NCBI RefSeq assembly: GCF_001194135.2
Contig: NC_068985.1
Span: forward strand, 47,832,449-47,865,953
DNA: 33,505 nucleotides
Source of the DNA: Octopus bimaculoides
Lineage: Eukaryota
Direction of reading: 5' to 3'
Shown here: positions 10,803-22,200 of the stretch, piece after piece
Position numbering within the stretch: position 1 is the first letter of the stretch
How the letters are laid out: the number at the start of each line of letters is the position of its first letter
The notes under the pieces: model-generated
The model's input: only the letters and a program-made list of their open reading frames with translations
Databases searched by the model: none
Told to the model about the DNA's origin: nothing
Program-made: the position numbers and the translations under genes

Positions 10803-11844
10803 TGTCTGTGTGTCTGTGTGTCTGTGTGTATATCTACGCATTTTAGTTATGGATGATATATTGTAACCTTCATGTATCATTGAAAAAAAAAAAGAAATGA
10901 TTTTCCTTACCGCTTTTGGTAGGGTGGTATGTTTTTGAGTTTTATTATGGTAACATGGCAGTCACATATCCTTAAATGTGAGAGTTACCGCAAATACTAT
11001 ATTTTGATTTAATACAATTATGTAAATAATAAATTAATACAAACAACTGGTATACGGCCATAAATGCTGCAGTCAATTTAAATCATATTACTAAAGTTAT
11101 ATTTAAAGTTATTAATGTCAAAGACAGACATGAAAATAAATAACTCCTAATCGATATGGCAATTCTAATGGACAGAGATATATCTTTTAAAAGAAATGGC
11201 GAAACTATTCGCTGATGCATGAAATAGTATTCACATAAAAATGGTGACATACAGTCAAAATTTTTAGCTTGTTTATGTGGAATATGAACTTACAAGTTCA
11301 AAGTTGAAGTATACGAGGTCAATGTGTACATCAACACCCCTTCTAACTATCATTTATCGTACACCGTTGAATAAAACACTTCATTCAAATATACCTACAG
11401 TTGTTTCAATTGTTTTATCATTATTCTATGGCATTGTATATCTTCCTTGTGTACCAGTAAAATGTGTTTTTCATCGCTATAGTTCAAATGTAGATACATA
11501 ACTGTCTGGTGTACAGTAATACGATTATGAAACCTACGAGCATCTGCTTCCATCAGACTAAGGGTGATTGTGATAACTACTGTAGTTTCCTTCGGCTGCC
11601 AATAGAAGAAACCATTCAATGCTTGAGGAAACGGCAGCGAACTCAAAACAAGTGACTATGGCCAGTGTGCCAAAACTGAAATATTTTGGCTACTTTATCA
11701 AAGGCCAACATTTCTGTACCAGTGTCCTCAATAGCTAGATAGACAGACTATGCGTTTGCGAGGTTGTATTCCCTGTCTCCTTCTTTTCCATAATAATTCG
11801 TCATCTCGAACACAAATATTTACCTCTATTTAACCATCCCACAC

Positions 11845-11894
11845 CGTCTCTGATGAAGGTATAACCATGATATCTCAGAAGCAGCTGTAAGATT
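11845..11894 (+). ncRNA. Degenerate minimal hammerhead-ribozyme-like motif
   Basis: gtct-CTGATGA (11850-11856), stem II AGGTAT/ATATCT, then GAAG-C-AGCT-G-TA-agat. Stem I is gtct/agat and the loop is palindromic AGCT. The core GAAA is mutated to GAAG. Confidence 0.5.
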
Positions 11895-11975
11895 ATATCT
11901 ATAACTTTTTCCTTATAAAGGTCTTGAAAACTCCTCACGGTCTTGTCTTTGCTCTCACAATTTGTCTAATACATG

Positions 11976-12017
<42 letters not shown>

Positions 12018-12474
12018 TATATANNNNNNNNNNNNNNNNNNNNNNNNNNNNNNNNNNNNNNNNNNNNNNNNNNNNNNNNNNNNNNNNNNNNNNNNNNNNN
12101 NNNNNNNNNNNNNNNNNNNNNNNNNNNNNNNNNNNNNNNNNNNNNNNNNNNNNNNNNNNNNNNNNNNNNNNNNNNNNNNNNNNNNNNNNNNNNNNNNNNN
12201 NNNNNNNNNNNNNNNNNNNNNNNNNNNNNNNNNNNNNNNNNNNNNNNNNNNNNNNNNNNNNNNNNNNNNNNNNNNNNNNNNNNNNNNNNNNNNNNNNNNN
12301 NNNNNNNNNNNNNNNNNNNNNNNNNNNNNNNNNNNNNNNNNNNNNNNNNNNNNNNNNNNNNNNNNNNNNNNNNNNNNNNNNNNNNNNNNNNNNNNNNNNN
12401 NNNNNNNNNNNNNNNNNNNNNNNNNNNNNNNNNNNNNNNNNNNNNNNNNNNNNNNNNNNNNNNNNNNNNNNNNN

Positions 12475-12585
12475 ATACGACGGGTTTCTGTCAACTCACA
12501 AGTCTTCGGTAGGTCTGAAGCTATAGTAAAAGAGACTGTACCCGGAACCATGTGGCTGAGAAGCAACGCCTTATTTGGATCTTTC
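12475..12585 (-). mobile_element. Internally deleted SINE head, same family as 3977
   Basis: Reverse complement: gttgcttctcagccacatggttccgggtacagtc...ctatagcttcagacctaccgaagacttgtgag...agaaacccgtcgtat, running into the gap. Confidence 0.7.
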
Positions 12586-13346
12586 ACAACACCTCGTTTT
12601 AGATAAGAGCAAAATTCTAAAGTTATAAAATATAGAAGTGCTAAAAACAAAATGTTTCGTATCTTCACTGATTTTTTTTTTTATTGCATTTCTGATATTC
12701 ACAACGATGATATCAAATGTTGAAGTATTTACAGCAACAACTTTTACAAATTGAAAAATAAACAAAATCAGATTGAATCAATTAATTAAAGTCGTTATTG
12801 TATTTATAATTAGAAATGTCATTCTCATAACATTCTCACGAAATTTTGCAGAAGTAAAGATCTGTAAATCTTGCAATCCTTTCAATCCGATCTTATATCC
12901 GCTGCAGATCGCCATTTACCAACCTTACAAGTAATTAGAAATAATTATTAGGCTCTATCTTCTGGCCGCATACACCATAAATTATATTCACAAATGTATT
13001 CGAATGCATCACGTAATAAAATAAAATCATTAGCTTTGCTATCTCCTCTGGACACCGAAATTTTATTTACAAGCGTTTCCACACATAAAGCTATCAAAAT
13101 TCTCTTCCGAACGAGATGTGTTAATATCGAAAGAGAAGTGTTAATATTTATTTTATGTTTCAAAAGCGAACACCCTTTCGCGTTTGTTGAAGGTTGAGTT
13201 CACTGTCAAATGTAAAGCTACATCCGTGGAAATTCATATCTCCGTTAGTTTTACATCGAAGGGAAATATAATGAAAGCTGTATTTAATAGATATATCAAT
13301 TTTCTACGAGATGATTTCATAATATAGCAACATTTCTATTCGTTAT

Positions 13347-13512
13347 TGTTATGTCTCAACGCTACTGCTATCTAGCACCTTCGGATGATCTCTACTCAAC
13401 CGCTACACAACTGCTACTCGACTGATACACAACACACCTCCCATGGCCAGACTACCTCTATTTATATGTCTTGGGAGATCCTACTTCTTCGCCTGGAGGC
13501 GTCGACACAACA
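13347..13512 (-). mobile_element. Short solo LTR (166 bp)
   Basis: Termini are TGTTATG...CACAACA (TG..CA; 6/7 inverted match). Flanks gttat (13342-46) and attat (13513-17) form a 5-bp TSD with one mismatch. A TATAAATAG box lies on the minus strand and GC is raised. Confidence 0.6.
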
Positions 13513-13757
13513 ATTATATACCATACTTCATTTGGAATGAACGCATTCTTTCAATTCAGTGGTGAAAGCTGTTGTCTTTCAAGTAAAGTTTATCGCAACT
13601 AGGAGCCACGTCGAACTCCATAGTTGTGATGCTTTGTTTTAATAAGTTATAGTGTGCAGCGTGGAGGATTGGGAAATGTGAGCAAGAAATGTAAGTGATT
13701 TTTTGCTTCTTTGAGTAAGGCATGGTCGACATGGAGATTCTCGGCAGTCTTTAGATG

Positions 13758-13987
13758 CAGCAATCCCTCGCCATATCGCGTTTCACTTATCACGGTTTAT
13801 TATTTAAGCTTACGTCAATTCTTCCGTGGTGTTGTTTTATAATAAAATAAATACATACAAATTATAAAAATAATTTCAAAATATATATACAGCACGGTAC
13901 TATTTCTACTTCGTGGATTTTCACCTATCGCAGGGCGGGGGGGGGGCTGCTTAGAACGTAATACCTGCGATAGTCGAGGGATTACTG
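13758..13987. mobile_element. pogo/Tigger-like MITE
   Basis: TIRs cagcaatccctcgccatatcgc and gcgatagtcgagggattactg. The right flank is TA and the left is TG (probably a mutated TSD). Interior is AT-rich. Confidence 0.75.
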
Positions 13988-15211
13988 TATAATCTTAACA
14001 AGTGACTTTTGCAATCGAAACGTGATATACGAGGATAGTGCGCGATGTATAAAGACATCTTTGCTTTGATTGTGCTACTGTAGTACATGTCAGCATAAAA
14101 TCAATCTCGACTTATAGCCTTGCGGAGCATGAGACTGGTCACGAGGAGTGCCTTCAACAATTTAGGCATCCCGACTGAATGCTTAGGTGATTATAAGTGA
14201 AATGAGGACCAATACTGTAATAGATAGGTAAAGAAGTGCTTTGTCTGTGAAAAAGTGTTCGAGAATATTTGGTGTCTCAGAGTGTGTATTAAAAGAACGG
14301 TTAGGTGGGAAGGCGAGTTGGAACTTATTAAGCTGTGTTGAATGACTGAGCTTTCGTCTTCTGCATCAGTAGCACTGAAGTGAAATGAGTAATAATCAGT
14401 AGTTGTCTACCTTGAATTCGTCAAGTGCAATGATTATCGAACTTCTTGATTATCCACCGGAAAACGACACCTCAGTAAACACGCCTGTGTCAGAGTTTAT
14501 GTGAGTTATAGCATCTTTGGAAATTCACTCAAAATTTATCCCAGTGTTCATGCTCCATTTCATGTATTTTTATATAATTTGTCCAAAGGCTCGCATTCGG
14601 AGAAACAACAGAATTTCCTTGGCCTTTAAGCATTAAAACAAGCTATATCTATCCCAAATATTATACCTGTTTTATGTTCAAACTGGTCACATCTAACCTC
14701 TCATACCTGCTCAACCACATCGTTATATATATATATATATATNNNNNNNNNNNNNNNNNNNNNNNNNNNNNNNNNNNNNNNNNNNNNNNNNNNNNNNNNN
14801 NNNNNNNNNNNNNNNNNNNNNNNNNNNNNNNNNNNNNNNNNNNNNNNNNNNNNNNNNNNNNNNNNNNNNNNNNNNNNNNNNNNNNNNNNNNNNNNNNNNN
14901 NNNNNNNNNNNNNNNNNNNNNNNNNNNNNNNNNNGCTCTCGATAGTTTTAGTTGGCATGACTATTCGAACATAATGGTTAGCTGTCAAAATCACATTGAT
15001 ATCTCATCTATCTAGAGTGTTATTGCTTCCATCCTTAATTCTTTCTCTTCTCGTCTCACTCATTCCCTGTTGTCTAGTATATTCGCGAAGTGAACCCTTC
15101 AGACTGTGAAGCGCAAATGGATGATCGGCAACCTCAACATTATCCTTTTTGACAAATAGCATATACTAGAACTGTTATATAATATTTCATATATTACCAT
15201 GATATAATAAA

Positions 15212-15435
15212 GCGGCGTGCTGGCAGATCCATTAGCACGCCGTGCAAAATGCTTAGCGTTATTTCGTCCGTCGATACGTTCTGAGTTCAAATTACACTGA
15301 GGTCGACTTTGCATTTCATCCTTTCGTGGTCAATAAAATAAGTACTAGTCGAGCACCGGGTTGATGTACATGACCAACTCCCCACCGCACCCTCAAGATT
15401 TAAGACCTTGTACCTATAGTAGAAAGGATTCTTAT
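15212..15435 (+). mobile_element. tRNA-derived SINE, same head and core as 9130-9356, different tail
   Basis: gcggcgtgctggcaga...ttagcacgccgtgcaaaatgcttagcg...gttctgagttcaaatt...gaggtcgactttgcatttcatcctttcgtggtcaataaaataagtactagt. Confidence 0.85.
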
Positions 15436-16124
15436 AATACAATATATATAACTTTCATGAATGAATTCCAAACAGTTATTAGAGAAGTGAAACTTCGGCA
15501 AATATTGAGATTTCGGCTAATATTCATTTAATACGAACATAACTATTTTTCTCACCAATGAAGTAATCTCATTGTGGCCATACAATCAGCTAGAAAGAAG
15601 AGTTAATTCTCTTTCAGGACATATTCTCAATCTTGAGAATACTAGATAATATAATTCTGATGTCCATTGCTGGAATAAACTGGGTCAAATTTCCTTTACC
15701 AGGTTTAACATGTTGCTTAATAACATTGTCAACGCACATGTCCATTGACGATGTACAAACCTTAGAAACAAATGTTTTCGCCGATCTAAATATACTTTGT
15801 ATAACTAATCAAAGCAATTAGTATTTATTAAATCAATGTTAACGCAAGTAGATGAGGAGACTATTATCATATTGGAACAAAATTAGCACGAATAAATCTA
15901 ATTCTAATTCTAACTTGATTAACAAGATGATCAAACCTTTTTCTGTGTTTTTATAAGAATCTGTACAACTTCTGCTATGCTAGCTATGTATGAAATGCTG
16001 TTTATTCAGTGTTTAAAACGGGATATAAATAATGATTACATGGTAATTCAATCTTATAACTACTTCATCACCACTCCTTAACGTACGTAAATGTTTCTAT
16101 AACTGAGTAACTGTATACATATAT

Positions 16125-16503
<379 letters not shown>

Positions 16504-16529
16504 CATACACACAACATACATTGTAAAAC

Positions 16530-17445
16530 TTTTTACAGTTTTTTCGGGAGAGACGTTTATTAATTTCACATAAGTAGAAAATTCTAAAGTCCTTCAAAAC
16601 AGGATCATCCAATTTCAATATATTTGTTATAGCGCTCCAGCTACTTCATGAATGCTCTACAGATGTCCTCCTAACTGAACTTTCCATCACCCCTATTTCG
16701 GCTCCCTTCCCCTTCTCACTATCTTGAATACCACTGACTTTGAGTGGATTCTTGAGCTTCGGAACCAACCATAAGTCACTGGACGCAAGGTCTGGATTGC
16801 AAGTTGGGTGAGAGAGTTCTGATGCCCATTATTGTCAAGTACTTGGTTATCAGGAGGGAATTGTAGACCGGTGCATTGTTCTAGTGCAGGTGCTTTTGTG
16901 TATCGCAACGAAGTCTCTTCCTGAATTCCCTCAAACTACTGATTGTTGACCGCGACAGATATTGGATAAGTATAACCACATATCTGCCTTAGGGACTGTC
17001 ACCACAGATTTTCTGTAGGAGCTTATTCACTTGAATGTTCTTAAACGCTCAGCAAAATTACTCTACGATGCAGTGATAGATTTGGAGCCAATTCCATTCT
17101 CATCCTTCAAACTTTATTGGTCTGACGCAAGTGTTACGAGCGCGGTAGCTTTCAGGATGCAAGATTTTGCGGAATTATCTTCTCTTAGATGAGCAGTTAA
17201 AGGGCCTCATCTACCCAGAGTCCTTTGGGATGCCTGTCAGCTACCTTATTCCGGGAGTAATTTCGTGACATGCTAATTACCTCATAGCTACGACCATGAC
17301 AAGTGCTACTAAACCAGGTAAGAGTAAACCTGTATTTATCTTCGTTAAGATGTGGCATAGTTCGTTGTGGCATAGTTCTCAAAACCCTGCAACTCCTGAA
17401 CCAAAGCCTCACTAACGGATTCGGTTTGAAACCATACCAAGGATA
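16530..17445 (-). mobile_element. Decayed mariner (Tc1/mariner, DD34D-type) transposon
   Basis: The minus strand reads HLH*NNAPVYNSLLITKYLTIMGIRTL, then after a frameshift SHPTCNPDLASSDLWLVPKLKNPLK (cf. HQDNAP and HPPYSPDLAPSDFWLFPKLK). The C-terminus EDICRAFMK*LERYNKYIEIG*SCFEG follows. Boundaries are approximate. Confidence 0.9.
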
Positions 17446-17490
17446 TACTTATATACACAAGCGCATATATATCAATGTGGGGTAAAACAT

Positions 17491-17560
17491 TTAATGCTCC
17501 TCTTCCTCCATCTTCTTGGATGTGTCTTGGAAAAGTACAATGTCAACACTGCTTTTCCTC
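17491..17560 (-). CDS. Candidate terminal coding exon (RKSSVDIVLFQDTSKKMEEEEH*)
   Basis: Acceptor atatcattttatcag; phase-2 compatible with 18274-18343; stop TAA at 17491-17493. Confidence 0.35.
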
Positions 17561-18273
17561 CTGATAAAATGATATAAATTTTGCTGTTCTTGTTTATCTA
17601 ACTTAGCCTATTTAATACCCTAATATAAAATATCTCTGAGAAAATGGTACATTGTCTGTTTTCATGTATGTCGAGGTCTATAAAATCCGATTTGATCCCT
17701 ATATTTGAAGGAGAAATATTATAATTTGGGAGTAATTTGGCTTCTTTTTCCTGCAGAGTGTGTTGACGTCTAGAAGCTGCCTCGTTTTGTTAGCATTTTT
17801 ACAAGCATTTGTGTTGTTTAGAAATCAGTAAATAGACAGTAAAATTTGTTCCTGTACACAGTTTCATTTCATTCTTTAACTAACATTCACTCTTAAATAA
17901 GTCAACACACATTTTCAATTCTCGACAGTCATTAGAAATTAAATGCTGGATTATATCAATTGTATAAAGTCTCAATACATTTCTCTATGTCTACCAATAT
18001 AAGACACATCACCAACTATCGATAAAACAAAGCTGAATACAGACGCAGAATTTGGATGTGCGTGCAAGAATGGACGTATACTTAAGGCTTTTGCATTACA
18101 TCCCTGTTATTTGTAGTCATCTCCTTGTATATGAGTATTCTGCCATAGGCTCAGATTGGCCAATACTGTATAAGAAGAATCTGCCCGAATGATCTGTTTG
18201 GAAGGTCTTCAATATTTGAAGCTTTTGCATGGGGTTCAGTGATTTATCCCGCTATCCTACTTAATTCAGTTAC

Positions 18274-18343
18274 TTGTACAAGCTGTGCACTTGCCAGTAT
18301 TCAGTCTGAATATACATCTCTCCTGCGTACGGTGTCAAAGGTC
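18274..18343 (-). CDS. Candidate 70-nt exon (xPLTPYAGEMYIQTEYWQVHSLYx)
   Basis: Acceptor ctacatttctcag, donor AA|gtaact; only one frame is open end to end. Confidence 0.4.
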
Positions 18344-19130
18344 CTGAGAAATGTAGTGGTGCTATTTTTCATTGTTTTCCTACGCCATAGACATAAACAA
18401 ATGCATAAACTATTGTGTGACATTTACTCCAAGACTGTATTATTTCTGTCAATTCGGGATTTTCTGTTTCCTTTATATTGTTTAAAATATGAAATATCAT
18501 TAACACAATATAAAGCATATAAGAGACCGCAATAAAAAAAGTCTATTATTAAATAAGAAGAGAAGATTGGTATGACAAGGCAACAGGAAACAATATCGTA
18601 GGAAAGAACACATAATTGAAGCAAAAGAAAGACAAAACGTGTACTTGCTTCACAATCAGTAAATTAATAAAGCGATAATTCTGAAGGAGTAAAAGATAAG
18701 AAAGGAAAAAGGTAAGAAAACTATATAAATAAATGAAGAAAACTAGCAAACATCAAATAGGAATTTCTTTGGTTCGGTTTTAAGTAATTAAATCTGGAGA
18801 TAGATTTAATGATATTTTATGGTGTTTGATCGCTGAAAAAGAAACGCAAAAATCTTTCAAAACTAATTATCTTTGGCACTAGGTATTTAGTTTGGCACTC
18901 TGCTACGGGGTTTGGCGCTTGATCTTGAATGCGTAATCAGTTATCAGTAGATGGCCAAAATTGTCGTAGGAATCACGTATTATTGTTTCTTCTCTACTTT
19001 TGTTGTTTTATGACTTTTTCCTCTATAAATTCCTCAATGTATTTTGTTTTCGTGTTTTCCCTTTAACTTCTTTTTAGCATTTCGTTTCTTTTTCACGTGT
19101 TTGTTTTATATCTTTCTCATCTCATTATTC

Positions 19131-19134
<4 letters not shown>

Positions 19135-19161
<27 letters not shown>

Positions 19162-19230
19162 CTTCTTCTTCTTCTTCTTCTTCTTCTTCTTCTTCTTCTT
19201 CTTCTTCTTCTTCTTCTTCTTCTTCTTCTT
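19135..19230. repeat. (TTC)n microsatellite, ~32 units
   Basis: Uninterrupted run. Confidence 0.97.
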
Positions 19231-19239
19231 CCTACTCAC

Positions 19240-19270
19240 CTGCCTCCCTGCTCAATCTTCGCCTCATATT
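19240..19270 (-). CDS. Candidate 31-nt exon (NMRRRLSREAx or xYEAKIEQGGx)
   Basis: Acceptor ttgtgttttctaag and consensus donor CAG|gtgagt; GC-rich relative to flanks. Confidence 0.4.
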
Positions 19271-22200
19271 CTTAGAAAACACAACCAGTAACGCCGTTGA
19301 GATGACTTATCACAGGTGATTTAGTTTTCTCCTTATTCAATAAATCAATGCAAACACCCAATGAATTATTCAGCATCTATTTCAATTTACCTTTGATTAA
19401 CTTTGTGAAGAAAGTTTTCCAAAACTTTTACATTTTTGTTTTCACAATTTCAACTTATCCGTGTAAATGTTCGATATTGTCCTTTCAACGTCTGCCTAAA
19501 ATTATAAATATGTTTCACAGTGGTATTAGGCCACATAAAAAGTCAATGTAATTGACCGCAGTGGAATTTTGATTCTGAATGTAGGCGTGTAAAAGAAAAT
19601 TACGTGACAAATTTAGATTCAGCAGTCTTCTGTTTCCGCTGCTCTAATTGTCTTTCTTATGACAATAATAATGCTTTTCAATACTTTTACTATGCAGTAA
19701 GTCATAGCTATAAAAGGAAAACGTTTGGGTAGTTAAAACAATGCCACAATATGTATGTTACTAGTATTGTCATGCCATATTCCATCTCAGAATTTACATG
19801 TGTAAGATTAAATATGGTAATGAACAATATAATCTAAGTAACTCAAAACTGAACTAAGAGAAATCACTAAAATTGGATTCGGGTGTCAGTGGCCTAACAC
19901 CCTATGGAAATAAATACCAATGAATTGAGACTTCGTTAGGGAAGAAAATAAAATCATGGCAGCATGTTTAGTGTTTCACAAAAGTGAGATAATTTTCAGA
20001 AATTAAGAATTCGTTTCATAGATGGCAAGAAATATTAACTCACTTATAGATGACAAGAAAAAGAACAATAAAGTGAATATTCTTTAACGTGAACAATGAC
20101 AAAACAAAAATATTCCGTTCTTATTGAACTTCAACAGTATCGTATAGCTAGCATGAACTCGCTTGATCCTTAGAGAGTGTCATATCAATTTATCCCCCAA
20201 CAAAAAAGACTCATTAACTCAAGAAGCAAATTGCACTTCCAGCTAAGTCAGTGCCTTTGTATTCTTCTAATCCAATGATGACTTGCATGTGAACGATGAC
20301 GACTTGGGTAACGTTTAAGTGAAAACAACCTCTCATTATATACACAAGGGAACCCCCTCAGNNNNNNNNNNAGAATCTTTGTTCAGTCCGAGATTATGAA
20401 AGAAAGTTTATGAACAAAAAAAAAACAAAAAAACACAGTGAGTTCGAAGTAAAAGTTTTAACTACGTTGTCTGGAAAGGGCCTCAACGTGATAGTTTATT
20501 TTTAGAGAAATATTGAAATGTTTCTCATACAATAAATAAAATATTGTCTTGTAAATGAAATTACGAGATTGAAACACAACGGTAGACCTTTCTGAACTTT
20601 AGTTCAGAAGGTATGATTTCTACGACCTTCATTAGTCAATGTAGGTTATTTATTTCTATACGTATGCATTGGCCTAGGTCAAGTGTTTTCAGGAAAGCAT
20701 GCAAGCTTTCCCTATCAATGCCAACGAAGATGTTCAAGGTAAAAACCACCAGCTTAAAATAGTTACAACCTTGCTCCAGGGTGGTCACAGCGTTGCTATT
20801 AGAATTCAAAAGGCAAGAGTAGTTAACGCAAGTTATCTCATCGTATATTTTAACAGGTCCACCAATCTACCGGCCAAGATTGGCATTTTATTTATTGATA
20901 AGAGGATGGGTTCACCATGTCGGGTTTTGAACTTAGAGTGAAGAGAACCGGATGCATAATATGAGACACGGTATCCGATACTCTTATGACCCTTCCAATT
21001 GGCAGCTTATAACAAACCTTCTTTCAGCTTGTTACGTGACATTTAGTGGCTATGTTCTTTATGAGGTCGCCAATGACATATAAGTTAATTACACCATGTG
21101 TCAAAAGTTTACGGCGTGAAGAATGAAAATTTAATGTTACGAGTAGAATACTTCGCTGAAGATTGAAAAATAGTCGACTGGATTTTTTATGAATAGCATA
21201 ATTATCCAGCAAAACTGGCTAACATTTCATATATCACACAGAAGTTTTCAGTCCGTAACGTTAGAGTTATTTTCTTACTGATGTATTTCTCTGTTTGAAA
21301 ATGTATTATCTTACCGATGAGCGCAAACGATACCGCTATATATATATTTTTTTTTTACTAAATAAAGTAAGTGTTTCTATCCAAAAGTGAAATGGCCCGC
21401 TAACTGATGATTTGACTTTTGTGGATCCTTTTTCTTAATGATTGTGAACAGCATCATGCAAAATGATACGATTTCGTTTCCTAAAAATTTGCGAATCATA
21501 TTTTATGGTCTAGTTGCAATTGATGTTCGTACTGCACTGCAAAACAATACAAAGTGATTGAACAAGCGAACTTGTGACTGGTTACTTGACTTGTTAGAAA
21601 AAACAGCCAATTATTTCAGATCATATTATATTGTTCAAATGTGGACGTTGGTATGTAAGAGGAGTAGTTTAAGTAGGAATTCCGCTTCTCACAGATTTTC
21701 TTAATCAGAAGTTATCTGAAGTTTCAAAACGTGTCGGTGATGGAGGACGCCTACTGAATTTGAGCAGAACAATAGTCGTTATATGTTGATCAAATATCTC
21801 TTCGAACAAGCTGTTATATCTATACGATGATAATGTATCGGGTTATATCACTCTCTATTGCTCAGCTACTCTTACTTTTAATTCTGTATGAAATTTAATA
21901 TGCTATTTATGGTTCCACCATTTTTCTGCTCATCTATATATATGCATTTCAAACAATCAATAGAACTGCTTCGCTATTATTGCTAGACATATATTTAATT
22001 GCGATTCGATTTAGGCATTGTTATCTCGTAATTTCTAAAAATTCTCCTTGACATCTCACTGACATCATGAAATATTTATATTCAGCGAAATAAGAATGCA
22101 ATGAATAAAAGCAATGAATAAAAGCACAATTTAAAATCAAACATTTGAATTCATGCTTCATCAGGTTATTACACTGATTTGATCATTTTTAGATATCAAC

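Noticed and set aside
11395-11680. 83-aa minus-strand ORF as a coding exon
   Set aside because: There is an in-frame stop between the best acceptor and the ORF, and no recognisable domain.
11955-12668. Protein-like text KRGVVKDPNKALLLSHMVPG...
   Set aside because: It is a translation of a SINE head.
12948-13197. Overlapping 67-71 aa ORFs on both strands
   Set aside because: No motif and no splice-site framing; possibly old TE sequence.
14100-14640. Cadherin-like words (SATDAED, INSDTG) on the minus strand, suggesting a protocadherin pseudogene
   Set aside because: The words are in different frames amid stops, and no DRE or DxNDNxP motifs are present.
15633-15821. LRR-like VQTLETNVFADL
   Set aside because: Single partial match with no repeat periodicity.
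17525-17560. VDIVLFQDTS as a VWA DxSxS motif
   Set aside because: It does not fit DxSxS and is followed by a stop after 8 residues, so no domain can follow.
20586-20612. 12-bp-arm hairpin
   Set aside because: Short enough to arise by chance in AT-rich DNA.
20930-21085. C1q-like ending YVTFSGYVLY on the plus strand
   Set aside because: Only ~49 open codons and no other C1q motifs.
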